In this document: in pieces, positions 19,158 to 27,512 of the stretch
Numbering within the stretch: the first letter of the stretch is position 1
How the letters are laid out: every line of letters begins with the position of its first letter
Assembly: GCA_031412945.1 (NCBI GenBank)
Contig: JANODY010000006.1
Span: 35,224-99,223, forward strand
Origin: Cyanobacteria bacterium SOY_65_metabat_81
GTDB taxonomy: Bacteria; Cyanobacteriota; Cyanobacteriia; Pseudanabaenales; Pseudanabaenaceae
Length of the DNA: 64,000 nt
Reading direction: 5' to 3'
Program-made: the position numbers and the translations under genes
Notes under the pieces: model-generated
What the model was told of the DNA's origin: nothing
Databases searched by the model: none
The model's input: only the letters and a program-made list of their open reading frames with translations

Positions 19158-19264
19158 AAGTAGCTAGGCGCAATTAAATATAAAACCAAAACCGAGACCT
19201 GTAGCACACGCGTAGCCTGCGCTACAGGTTTTAGAGTTTTATATTTAATTAAGCTCACTTACTT
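19158..19264. mobile_element. MITE-like element, family A, copy 1
   Basis: Terminal inverted repeats AAGTAGCTAGGCGCAATTAAATATAAAAC / GTTTTATATTTAATTAAGCTCACTTACTT around the hairpin CCTGTAGC...GCTACAGG. Related copies lie at 45399-45499 and 53703-53805. Confidence 0.75.
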
Positions 19265-19369
19265 ACAAAGCTTAACTTATTGAGTCAGAGACTAGGTTTT
19301 GTTATATATTTTGTTAAGTGGACTGGCTCAAATGCAGCAGATCTCGCTTCAATCTTACCAAAAAAAATT

Positions 19370-22300
19370 ATGAAAATCCTTCATGGTACTTGGATTCCTG
19401 ATCACAATGATGAGTTTATCCAAGGTGGTAATTTTTACATTTGGGTAGAGACAACTGAAACCAAGGCGATCGCCACCAAGCGCAAGTCACCTAAGCAGAA
19501 AACCGCCGATCTAGAGCGATCGGCGGAAAAGCATCCTGCGAGCATGGCTGAATCAGATTTAAAGGGCTTTCTTTGGAAGGATTTGGGGATTAAAGACGAG
19601 CTTTTGCAAGAACCAGATTATAGGTATGTCAGCAAAAGTTTTAAAAAAGATAAAATTATTTTTCCGAAATATTTTTTGCTGCCCACCAGTAACTTACAGC
19701 CGTTACCTTCTCTAGAGTCGGCGCGATATTTAGAAGTTGACATCCCCGAAAACTTTGAACTCCAGTACTGGCAAGTTGACTGCTATCAAGTTACGACTTC
19801 TGTTAAATTCAGTACCTACATATCTAAACGGGCAGTTAATGTTGTCAAATTGCTGAATGATTTACATTTCATCGCCATTAATAATCTTGCCGATGTGCAG
19901 CTAGGTGCGGATTTGCTTTTCTGGTATCACTACACCCAAGCCTTTAAGCAAATCATTCTCAAAGATCAATATATTCCCGCTTTTAAATATCGGGAACTTG
20001 CCGTTCAAGCCACAAAATCGACTAAAGCCGCGAAAACTTCAACAAAAACTTCGGCAAAAGCGAAAAAAGAAGCCCTGCAAACTCCCAAATTTGAAATTTA
20101 TCCTGCATGGGAAATTATTTCTGAGCAGTACGAAACAGAACTAGAGCAGTATGTGGAATATATGCCATTGGTTTGTGTTTCAGGCTTTAGCGAACTTGGG
20201 GATCAGCCGCAATTTTTCGATCGCCACAGCCTATTACAGCATTTCTCCGAATCGTTGCTACATAGCATTGTTACCCACACCCCATCGACTGCTCAATTTG
20301 ATAAGCAAGTAAGTGAGTCTCTATTACAAAAATGTCTGGATTTTTCTGATGATCATTTTGGCGATCCGATGATTGCTAATGATGCAGCTTTAGAAGAATA
20401 TCAACAGTGGCAAAGATGGCAACACAAAATCAATCGCACCCTGTCGGATTCACCATTTTATCTCTGCTTTCAACTCCAAACTCCGCTAAAGGAAGAAGAA
20501 CCTTGGCAACTACAATTTCTGATCTCGCCAAAACAAGACCCGTCATCAAAAATGTCTTTAGCCGATTATTGGGCAATGACTGCGGCAAAAAAGAAGGCTA
20601 CAGAAAAGCAGTTTGGCAAAGAGTTTGAGCAAAATCTCTTACTAAATCTAGGTTATGCGGCGCGAATTTATAATCAGATTTGGGAAGGATTGGAAACCGA
20701 TCGGCCGATTGGTTTAAGCCTCAATATCGATCAAGCCTTTGAGTTTCTGAAGGAATCAGCTTGGATTTTAGAAGATGCTGGTTATAAAGTGGTTGTGCCT
20801 GCTTGGTGGACACCTATAGGGCGACGACGCGCCAAAATGCGCCTGAAAGCATCGGGCAAAAGTAAAAGCAGCAGTAAAACTCAAGCCAAGAGCTACTTTG
20901 GGTTCGATCAGCTTGTGGAATATCAGTACGAATTGGCGATCGGCGATGAAACCATCTCAGTTCAGGAATGGGAGCAGTTGATCATCGCAAAAGCGCCATT
21001 GGTCAAGTTTCGCGGTGAGTGGATGGAACTCGATCGCGACAAAATGCAAGAGATGCTGACTTTTTGGCAACAACATGGTCAAGAGAAGCCAGAAATGAGT
21101 CTGATTGACTTTATGCAATTGACCGCAAGTGATCCTGATTTGGAGGTCGATCACGATAGTACCCTTGCCGAGATGATGGCAAAGTTGCAAGATAAGCAGC
21201 AATTTGAACCAATCGAAAATCCACCACAACTCAATGGCACTTTGCGAGAATATCAAAGACGCGGTGTGGCTTGGTTGCAATATTTAGAAAGCCTTGGCTT
21301 AAATGGTTGTCTTGCTGACGATATGGGCTTAGGTAAAACCGTGCAGATTATTGCCCGACTGGTCAATGAGAAAGCCGAAATTAATGCAGAAATTAGTGAG
21401 ATCCCAGAAAATCCTAAAGCCAAAAAATCCACAAAAACAACCAAAACCAAAAAAACTAGCGCTCCATTATCAAATTCTATTTTCAAGCCCACCTTGCTGA
21501 TTGCGCCGACATCGGTGGTCGGGAATTGGCAAAAGGAAATCGAAAAATTTGCGCCACATTTACGGGCGATCGTACATCATGGAGGCGATCGCCTCCATGA
21601 CGCAGCCGCCTTTGAAAAAATCTGTCAAACTCACGATCTGATCATTACTTCCTTCACTCTAATTCGCAAAGATGAAGCTCTGTTTGGTGGCGTAAACTGG
21701 CATCGCATTGTGCTTGATGAAGCTCAAAACATCAAAAATCCTAAAGCTGCCCAAACTAAGGCAATCCTTAAACTAGAATCCAAACATCGCCTTGCGCTCA
21801 CAGGTACACCTGTGGAAAATCGACTATTAGATCTATGGTCAATTTTTAACTTTCTCAATCCGGGATATTTAGGCAAAGAAGCACAGTTCAAGAAATCTTT
21901 TGAAACTCCAATTCAAAAAAATAACGATCAAATCCAAGCAGGTGTTCTCAAAAAATTAGTCGAGCCATTCATTTTGCGGCGTGTCAAAACCGATCAATCC
22001 ATCATCAAAGACCTGCCCGACAAAATCGAACAAAAACTCTACACTAACCTCACCAAGGAGCAAGCTTCGCTCTATGAAGCAGTGGTTAGGGATGTGGAGA
22101 ATCAACTCAATGAAGTAGAAGGTATTCAGCGAAAGGGTTTAATTCTATCCACATTGCTGAAGCTCAAACAGATTTGCAATCATCCCCGTCAGTTTTTGCA
22201 AGATGGTAGCGACTTCACAACCGAGCGATCGCATAAACTTAGTCGTCTATCCGAAATGGTCGAAGAAGCAATTTCGGAAGGAGAAAGCCTCTTAATCTTT

Positions 22301-22771
22301 ACTCAATTTACCGACATTGGCGATGCTCTAGAAAAACATCTGCGCCAAAAGCATCATTACAACACCTACTATATTCACGGCGGCACAAATCGCGATAAAC
22401 GCGAACGGATGATTACGGAGTTTCAAGATCCTGAAACTGAGCCTTCGGTGTTTATTCTCTCCCTCAAAGCGGGTGGTGTCGGCATTACGCTGACCAAGGC
22501 AAACCACGTCTTCCATTTCGATCGCTGGTGGAACCCAGCTGTTGAAGACCAAGCCACCGATCGCGCCTTTCGGATTGGTCAAAAGAAGAATGTGTTCGTG
22601 CATAAGTTTGTGACGATTGGCTCTCTAGAGGAGCGCATCGACCAAATGATTGAGGATAAAAAGAAACTCGCGGGTGCGATCGTGGGTGCTGATGAGTCTT
22701 GGCTCACGGAGCTAGACAACGACAAGTTTAAGCAGCTTATTGCTTTGAATAAGAGTTCAATTATGGATTAA
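19370..22771 (+). CDS. SNF2/RAD54-family helicase with a long N-terminal SNF2-associated region
   Basis: Motif I DDMGLGKT, motif II DEAQNIKN, LTGTPVENRL, C-terminal QATDRAFRIGQKK. Two Lys/Thr-rich low-complexity inserts. ATG at 19370 (MKILHGTWIPD) is preferred. Confidence 0.9.
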   Translation: MKILHGTWIPDHNDEFIQGGNFYIWVETTETKAIATKRKSPKQKTADLERSAEKHPASMAESDLKGFLWKDLGIKDELLQEPDYRYVSKSFKKDKIIFPKYFLLPTSNLQPLPSLESARYLEVDIPENFELQYWQVDCYQVTTSVKFSTYISKRAVNVVKLLNDLHFIAINNLADVQLGADLLFWYHYTQAFKQIILKDQYIPAFKYRELAVQATKSTKAAKTSTKTSAKAKKEALQTPKFEIYPAWEIISEQYETELEQYVEYMPLVCVSGFSELGDQPQFFDRHSLLQHFSESLLHSIVTHTPSTAQFDKQVSESLLQKCLDFSDDHFGDPMIANDAALEEYQQWQRWQHKINRTLSDSPFYLCFQLQTPLKEEEPWQLQFLISPKQDPSSKMSLADYWAMTAAKKKATEKQFGKEFEQNLLLNLGYAARIYNQIWEGLETDRPIGLSLNIDQAFEFLKESAWILEDAGYKVVVPAWWTPIGRRRAKMRLKASGKSKSSSKTQAKSYFGFDQLVEYQYELAIGDETISVQEWEQLIIAKAPLVKFRGEWMELDRDKMQEMLTFWQQHGQEKPEMSLIDFMQLTASDPDLEVDHDSTLAEMMAKLQDKQQFEPIENPPQLNGTLREYQRRGVAWLQYLESLGLNGCLADDMGLGKTVQIIARLVNEKAEINAEISEIPENPKAKKSTKTTKTKKTSAPLSNSIFKPTLLIAPTSVVGNWQKEIEKFAPHLRAIVHHGGDRLHDAAAFEKICQTHDLIITSFTLIRKDEALFGGVNWHRIVLDEAQNIKNPKAAQTKAILKLESKHRLALTGTPVENRLLDLWSIFNFLNPGYLGKEAQFKKSFETPIQKNNDQIQAGVLKKLVEPFILRRVKTDQSIIKDLPDKIEQKLYTNLTKEQASLYEAVVRDVENQLNEVEGIQRKGLILSTLLKLKQICNHPRQFLQDGSDFTTERSHKLSRLSEMVEEAISEGESLLIFTQFTDIGDALEKHLRQKHHYNTYYIHGGTNRDKRERMITEFQDPETEPSVFILSLKAGGVGITLTKANHVFHFDRWWNPAVEDQATDRAFRIGQKKNVFVHKFVTIGSLEERIDQMIEDKKKLAGAIVGADESWLTELDNDKFKQLIALNKSSIMD
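22558..22771 (+). repeat. Direct repeat copy 1 (functional 3' end of the SNF2 gene)
   Basis: Collinear with 25582-25795 at an offset of exactly 3,024 bp. The first 93 bp are identical and the remaining 121 bp have 13 substitutions. Confidence 0.95.
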
Positions 22772-22844
22772 GGAATTAAAAAGTTTGTATGCGAAAATAA
22801 ATCAGACTTACAGAACTAAACCAATAATTTACGAGATAGATCTG

Positions 22845-23162
22845 ATGATTGTCCAAATTCCTGAACCATTGAAAATCCTTGATTCTCTCTATTTAAAAGG
22901 CTATCGCAGTAGTTTAATTGATCGCTCCCTCACCAAAATTATTGAGCTAGAAAAAGCAAATACCATCAAACAAGCTTCTGAACTTCAATCAAAATTACAG
23001 GCTTATGAGCTTCAATATCAAATGCCTTCAGAGATTTTCTATCAAAGATTTAGCGCAGGTAGTTTAGGTGATGAGATGGATTATTTTGAATGGGATGTTA
23101 TTTATGAGCTTTGGCAATCTGTGCAAGAGCGTTTGCAGGTTTTGCAGCCAAACAGACAGTAA
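22845..23162 (+). CDS. Small coiled-coil protein, putative antitoxin partner of the downstream TumE-like gene
   Basis: 105 aa from the ATG at 22845. Its stop is 5 nt before the next ATG. Function is inferred from the pairing only. Confidence 0.6.
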   Translation: MIVQIPEPLKILDSLYLKGYRSSLIDRSLTKIIELEKANTIKQASELQSKLQAYELQYQMPSEIFYQRFSAGSLGDEMDYFEWDVIYELWQSVQERLQVLQPNRQ

Positions 23163-23167
23163 TCATT

Positions 23168-23554
23168 ATGGAATCTGGTCAATATCTTGAAAATATTAAG
23201 TCTAGACTGATTGCCAGCAATGCGATCGCTGCTTTTACAATTGTTGAAGAATTAGATCTTGGCGATCGCGGTTATTTTCGGGCAAGGGTGACGCTCAGTA
23301 ATGATGACTTTTTGGAAGTTGCTGAGTATTTTAAAATTACGGAGAATGTTGTGACAACAACGAGGTATCGCTATCAGTGGATGGACTGCGATCGCGCTAA
23401 TTTACGCAAACGTTGGGACAATGTGCCGCATTTTCCAAATCTGCCTAATTTTCCGCATCATATTCATGTTGAGTCAGAGGAAAATGTTATTTCAGGTAAT
23501 TCGTTAAGCATTCAGGATCTTTTAGATATTCTCGAACAAGAGATTGAGTTTTGA
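23168..23554 (+). CDS. DUF6516/TumE-family toxin-like protein
   Basis: Core RYRYQWMD...RWDNVPHFPNLPNFPHHIHV matches my recollection of the family signature (WDNAPHH...FPHHKH). Confidence 0.65.
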   Translation: MESGQYLENIKSRLIASNAIAAFTIVEELDLGDRGYFRARVTLSNDDFLEVAEYFKITENVVTTTRYRYQWMDCDRANLRKRWDNVPHFPNLPNFPHHIHVESEENVISGNSLSIQDLLDILEQEIEF

Positions 23555-23707
23555 TCGCCTGAATAAAACTGAAATTTAAAGCCATTAATGATCTTTGATG
23601 GCACGGCGATCGCTGCCTCAATTAGATTTTACCTTTGCTAATTTTATAAATACTTGTAATTTACTCGAAATCTAACGATAATGTGATGATTCGCGATTTG
23701 TAACATT

Positions 23708-25339
23708 ATGACCGATCCCTTAGCTGAAAAAATTGGTATTAACGTGCAGGGCGGTACTGTGAATGTACAGAACCTCAATATTGGGATTGCCGAAAGGCTT
23801 GCAGAGTCAGGCGATCGCGTCAGAATTTTGGTAGTAGCAGCTAACCCTTTGGGATCGTCTCCTTTGAAGCTGGATCATGAGGTGAAAACCATCCAAGAGG
23901 CGTTAAGGCGATCGCGCAAACGTGATAATTTTGTGGTGGAATATCGGCTGGCGGCTACTCCTTCAGAATTGCGGCGTGCTTTGTTGGATGTGGAACCCCA
24001 TGTTTTGCATTTTAGCGGTCACGGTTCGGGGGAGAAGGGGCTGTTATTTGTGAGTGATGAGTCGGCTGGGGCGATCTATCGTTCGGATAGTGGGGAGGTG
24101 CGATCGCGTTCGACTAGCAGCAACGAGATTAAATTTGTACCCGCGCAACCACTGGCGAATTTGTTGCAGCTTTGTGATGAGCATTTGGAATGTGTGGTTT
24201 TGAATGCTTGTTATTCGGATGTGCAGGGTGATGCGATATCGGTAAATATTCCCTTTACGATTGGGATGCGTGATGTGGTTGAGGATAATGTGGCGATTAA
24301 GTTTTCGCAGGGGTTTTATGATGCGATCGGTGCGGGTAAGGGTTATGAGAAGGCTTTTGAATGGGGGAAGGTGGCGATCTCGTTCGATCTGGCAAATGAG
24401 GAAGCTGCAAGGATTTTGGTGTTACGAAGAAAAGGAGAAACAACACAGATTATTGAAGAAACTACAACAAATGTAGATTCAAGCAGAACTATTAACCCTG
24501 AAATTTTGCCAGCCGATAATAACAATTTTTTCTCTGGACTTAAAAAGCTATTTACTCCTTCATTAAGTGCTAATGATTATTTTGATCGCGCTCACGAAAA
24601 ACAAAATAGAGGAGATAAACAAGGAGCGATTACCGACTACAGCGAAGCCATCCGCCTCAATCCCAATTATGCACAAGCTTACAACAATCGTGGGCTTGCA
24701 AAAAATAATATAGGAAATAGGCAAGGTGCAATACTTGATTATAACGAAGCCATACGCCTCAACCCGAAGTATTCACTCGCTTATTATAATCGTGGTCTTG
24801 TAAAGTATAAATTGGAAGATAAACACGGTTCTATTGCTGATTACAATAAATCGATTCGTCTTAATCCAGATTTTGCTGATGCTTATAACAGTCGTGGTAT
24901 TGCAAAAAGACATTTAAATGATATTCATGGATCAGTAATGGATTACAGTGAAGCAATTAGTCTTAGTCCAAACTTCGCTATTGCTTACCACAATCGCGGG
25001 TTAGCAAAGTCTGCATTAGGAGACAAAGAAGGAGCGATCGCCGACTACAAGGAAGCCATTCGCCTCAATCCTAATTATGCTGAAGCTTATTATAGTCGTG
25101 GGATAGTGAAGTCTGAGTTAGGAGACAAACAAGGAGCGATCGCCGACTACAACGAAGCCATCCGCCTCAATCCTAATTTTGCTGCTGCCTACTACAATCG
25201 CGGGTTAATCAAAAAAGAAAGAGGTGAAAAACAAGAAGCATTGGCAGATTTTCGGAAAGCATCGGAACTCTATCAACAGCAAGGGAATACAGAATGGTAT
25301 AACAACTCTCGCGATAGGATTAGAGAGCTAGGAGGCTAG
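23708..25339 (+). CDS. CHAT (caspase-like) domain protein fused to about 7 TPR repeats
   Basis: His/Cys dyad contexts VLHFSGHG and CVVLNACYS after ILVVAANP...LKLDHEVKTIQEAL. The C-terminal half has 34-aa repeats AIxDYxEAIRLNPNYAxAYxNRG. Confidence 0.85.
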   Translation: MTDPLAEKIGINVQGGTVNVQNLNIGIAERLAESGDRVRILVVAANPLGSSPLKLDHEVKTIQEALRRSRKRDNFVVEYRLAATPSELRRALLDVEPHVLHFSGHGSGEKGLLFVSDESAGAIYRSDSGEVRSRSTSSNEIKFVPAQPLANLLQLCDEHLECVVLNACYSDVQGDAISVNIPFTIGMRDVVEDNVAIKFSQGFYDAIGAGKGYEKAFEWGKVAISFDLANEEAARILVLRRKGETTQIIEETTTNVDSSRTINPEILPADNNNFFSGLKKLFTPSLSANDYFDRAHEKQNRGDKQGAITDYSEAIRLNPNYAQAYNNRGLAKNNIGNRQGAILDYNEAIRLNPKYSLAYYNRGLVKYKLEDKHGSIADYNKSIRLNPDFADAYNSRGIAKRHLNDIHGSVMDYSEAISLSPNFAIAYHNRGLAKSALGDKEGAIADYKEAIRLNPNYAEAYYSRGIVKSELGDKQGAIADYNEAIRLNPNFAAAYYNRGLIKKERGEKQEALADFRKASELYQQQGNTEWYNNSRDRIRELGG

Positions 25340-25581
25340 AGAAGGAAAAAGGGAAAAGGGAAAAGTTTAAAATAGCAGTCAAATTAGTGAATATTAGGAG
25401 TCTAAAGTGATGCGGAAACGGTAGAACGCACTGAAGATGCTGAGGTTGGGAGTAAAGGTGGTCTCGATAAACTGGTTGGAGCATTGACGGCTGAGATTAA
25501 GTTCGACAAAGTAATCGGCTTTTTTAGTTTTGTCGGTGAGAAATTTGAGGAAAAGCCGATCGAAGTCCATGTGAAGGTGGG

Positions 25582-25795
25582 CGATCGCGCCTTTCGGATT
25601 GGTCAAAAGAAGAATGTGTTCGTGCATAAGTTTGTGACGATTGGCTCTCTAGAGGAGCGCATCGACCAAATGATCGAAGACAAAAAGAAACTCGCGGGTG
25701 CGATCGTTGGTGCAGATGAGTCTTGGCTCACGGAGCTAGATAATGACAAGTTTAAGCAGCTTATTGCGCTGAACAAAAGTGCGATTATGGATTAA
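25582..25795 (+). pseudogene. Orphan 3' fragment of an SNF2 helicase gene (direct repeat copy 2)
   Basis: Encodes DRAFRIGQKKNVFVHKFVTIGSLEERIDQMIEDKKKLAGAIVGADESWLTELDNDKFKQLIALNKSAIMD*. It has no helicase sequence upstream. Confidence 0.9.
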
Positions 25796-25960
25796 AAACT
25801 GATGTTGCGGAAATCTCCTCTGCTGCGGGTCAAGTATACTTGCACTGTCGTTTTTACGAACGAACAAAGCCAAGTTAGCTAGCGATCGCGAATTATTCAG
25901 ATTAGCAGTCGCATAATTGGCTAGATTTAATGGCTAAAGCTGCAAAAGCTGTAAACTAGA

Positions 25961-27493
25961 GTGGCAAAGTTTACAGTCTTGCAAGACAGTCTTGCAAGTA
26001 TGGGTTATTTAACCTATTCACGACTCCTTATGCAAATGCGATCGCGATTTTCTCGGCTATTTTATTGGGTGCTATTTTGCGGGGCGATCGCCATTGCTAT
26101 CAGTGCCTGTCAAGCTAAAGCAGGGATAGTTTCTGTATTACCACAGCATCCCAATATTCAAGTATTTTTTAATCAAAATCAGGCGGCTCGATATACTGAC
26201 CCCTACCGCAACATTGAACGGCTTGGCGACAATCTGGAAAGGGTGCTGATCGATAATGTTAGTCAAGCCAAGATTAGTTTAGATATTGCTGTTCAAGAGT
26301 TGCGGTTACCAAATATTGCCAAGGCGATCGTTGATGCAAAATTACGCGGTGTCAATGTTCGGCTGATTCTCGAAAATAATTACAGTCGGGCTTGGAGTGA
26401 GTTTACCCCAGTCCAGATTGAGAAGATGAATGCACGCGATCGCGATCGCTACCAAGAATTTCAAAAATTTGCAGATATCAATAAAGATGGCAGCTTAAGT
26501 GAAAATGAACTTGATCGTCGTGACGGACTGCGATTAATCAAAGGAGCTAATATTGCTTGGCTTGACGATACTGCCGATGGCTCGAAAGGTAGTGGATTGA
26601 TGCATCATAAGTTTATGGTGATTGATGATCAGCTTGTTTTATTTGGTTCAGCCAATCTGACCATGAGCGACATTCATGGCGATTTTACCAAACCTGATAC
26701 TAGAGGAAATGCCAATAATCTGGTGCGGGTTGATAGCAAAGAATTGGCTAAGCATTTTAAAAAAGAATTTAATATCATGTGGGGCGATGGACCTAGTGGC
26801 AAACTTGATAGCTTATTCGGCTCTAAAAAACCATCTCGCAAAATCGATTATTTAGTAGTCGGAGGGGCGCAACTCCGTATCAAATTTTCTCCAGATCCTG
26901 AAAATACCGCTCGCGAGCAAACTAGTAATGGACTGATCGCCACGGCGATCGCAGGAACTAAAAAGACTGTTGATATGGCTTTATTTGTCTATTCCGAAGA
27001 GTTTATTTCCACAATTCTCGAAGAACGCCAACAAAATAATGTCCAGATTCGGGCGCTAATTGAACCTCAATTTGCCTATCGAGATTATGCGGCAACCCTT
27101 GATATGTGGGGATTACAATCTACACAAGATTGCAAAACAGGCAAAAGCAGTGCATGGCAACAACCACTTAAAACGGTCGGTATTCCTAACCTCATCGCTG
27201 GCGATACTCTGCATCACAAGTTCGCCATTCTCGATCGCAACTTAATTCTTACAGGTTCGCATAACTGGACTAATGCCGCTAACCATATCAATGATGAAGT
27301 TTTAGTGGCGATTCAAAATGAGACTGTGGCAAAGCATTACCAAAGGGAATACGATCGCCTGTATCAAGATGTCACCCTTGGTCCAACTGCAAAATTAGTG
27401 CAAGCTAGTTCGCAAAGCTGTACGGAAAGGGTTAAGGAAAAGTCCAAACCAAACTCTAGATCAAACGATATTGACGAGCCAAATTCTGATTGA
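25961..27493 (+). CDS. Phospholipase D-family (two HKD motifs) protein, probably a lipoprotein or membrane-anchored, with an EF-hand insert
   Basis: HKD motifs HHKFMVIDDQLVLFGSANLT and HHKFAILDRNLILTGSHNWT. Lipobox-like AIAISAC. EF-hand loop DINKDGSLSENE. The start is uncertain (GTG 25961 or ATG 26000/26030). Confidence 0.85.
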   Translation: MAKFTVLQDSLASMGYLTYSRLLMQMRSRFSRLFYWVLFCGAIAIAISACQAKAGIVSVLPQHPNIQVFFNQNQAARYTDPYRNIERLGDNLERVLIDNVSQAKISLDIAVQELRLPNIAKAIVDAKLRGVNVRLILENNYSRAWSEFTPVQIEKMNARDRDRYQEFQKFADINKDGSLSENELDRRDGLRLIKGANIAWLDDTADGSKGSGLMHHKFMVIDDQLVLFGSANLTMSDIHGDFTKPDTRGNANNLVRVDSKELAKHFKKEFNIMWGDGPSGKLDSLFGSKKPSRKIDYLVVGGAQLRIKFSPDPENTAREQTSNGLIATAIAGTKKTVDMALFVYSEEFISTILEERQQNNVQIRALIEPQFAYRDYAATLDMWGLQSTQDCKTGKSSAWQQPLKTVGIPNLIAGDTLHHKFAILDRNLILTGSHNWTNAANHINDEVLVAIQNETVAKHYQREYDRLYQDVTLGPTAKLVQASSQSCTERVKEKSKPNSRSNDIDEPNSD

Positions 27494-27512
27494 AAAACTT
27501 GTTTTCCATTCT

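Noticed and set aside
22328-22603. Minus-strand ORFs 22328..22603 and 25394..25627 both begin MHEHILLLTNPKGAI, which looks like a conserved paralogous protein pair.
   Set aside because: The shared N-terminus is simply the reverse translation of the duplicated helicase 3' end (22558-22771 and 25582-25795). Neither ORF has independent coding evidence.
24600-25200. Several near-identical 60-70-bp DNA segments, considered as a dispersed repeat or mobile element.
   Set aside because: They are in-frame TPR units (AIxDYxEAIRLNPNYAxAY) of the CHAT-TPR gene, so this is intragenic repeat expansion.
25340-25581. The segment between the CHAT-TPR stop and the helicase fragment, considered as a remnant integrase or transposase or an att-site structure.
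   Set aside because: Neither strand gives a recognisable recombinase motif. The only features are a purine-rich GGGAAAA run and short unremarkable ORFs. I treat it as cassette-borne non-coding DNA of unknown role.
19370-27493. SNF2 helicase and a PLD-family gene in one neighbourhood, suggesting a DISARM-like (DrmD plus DrmC) defence locus.
   Set aside because: No DrmA/DrmB (DUF1998) or methylase genes are present. The PLD protein has a signal or lipobox-like N-terminus, implying an extracytoplasmic location, and it is separated from the helicase by the inserted cassette.
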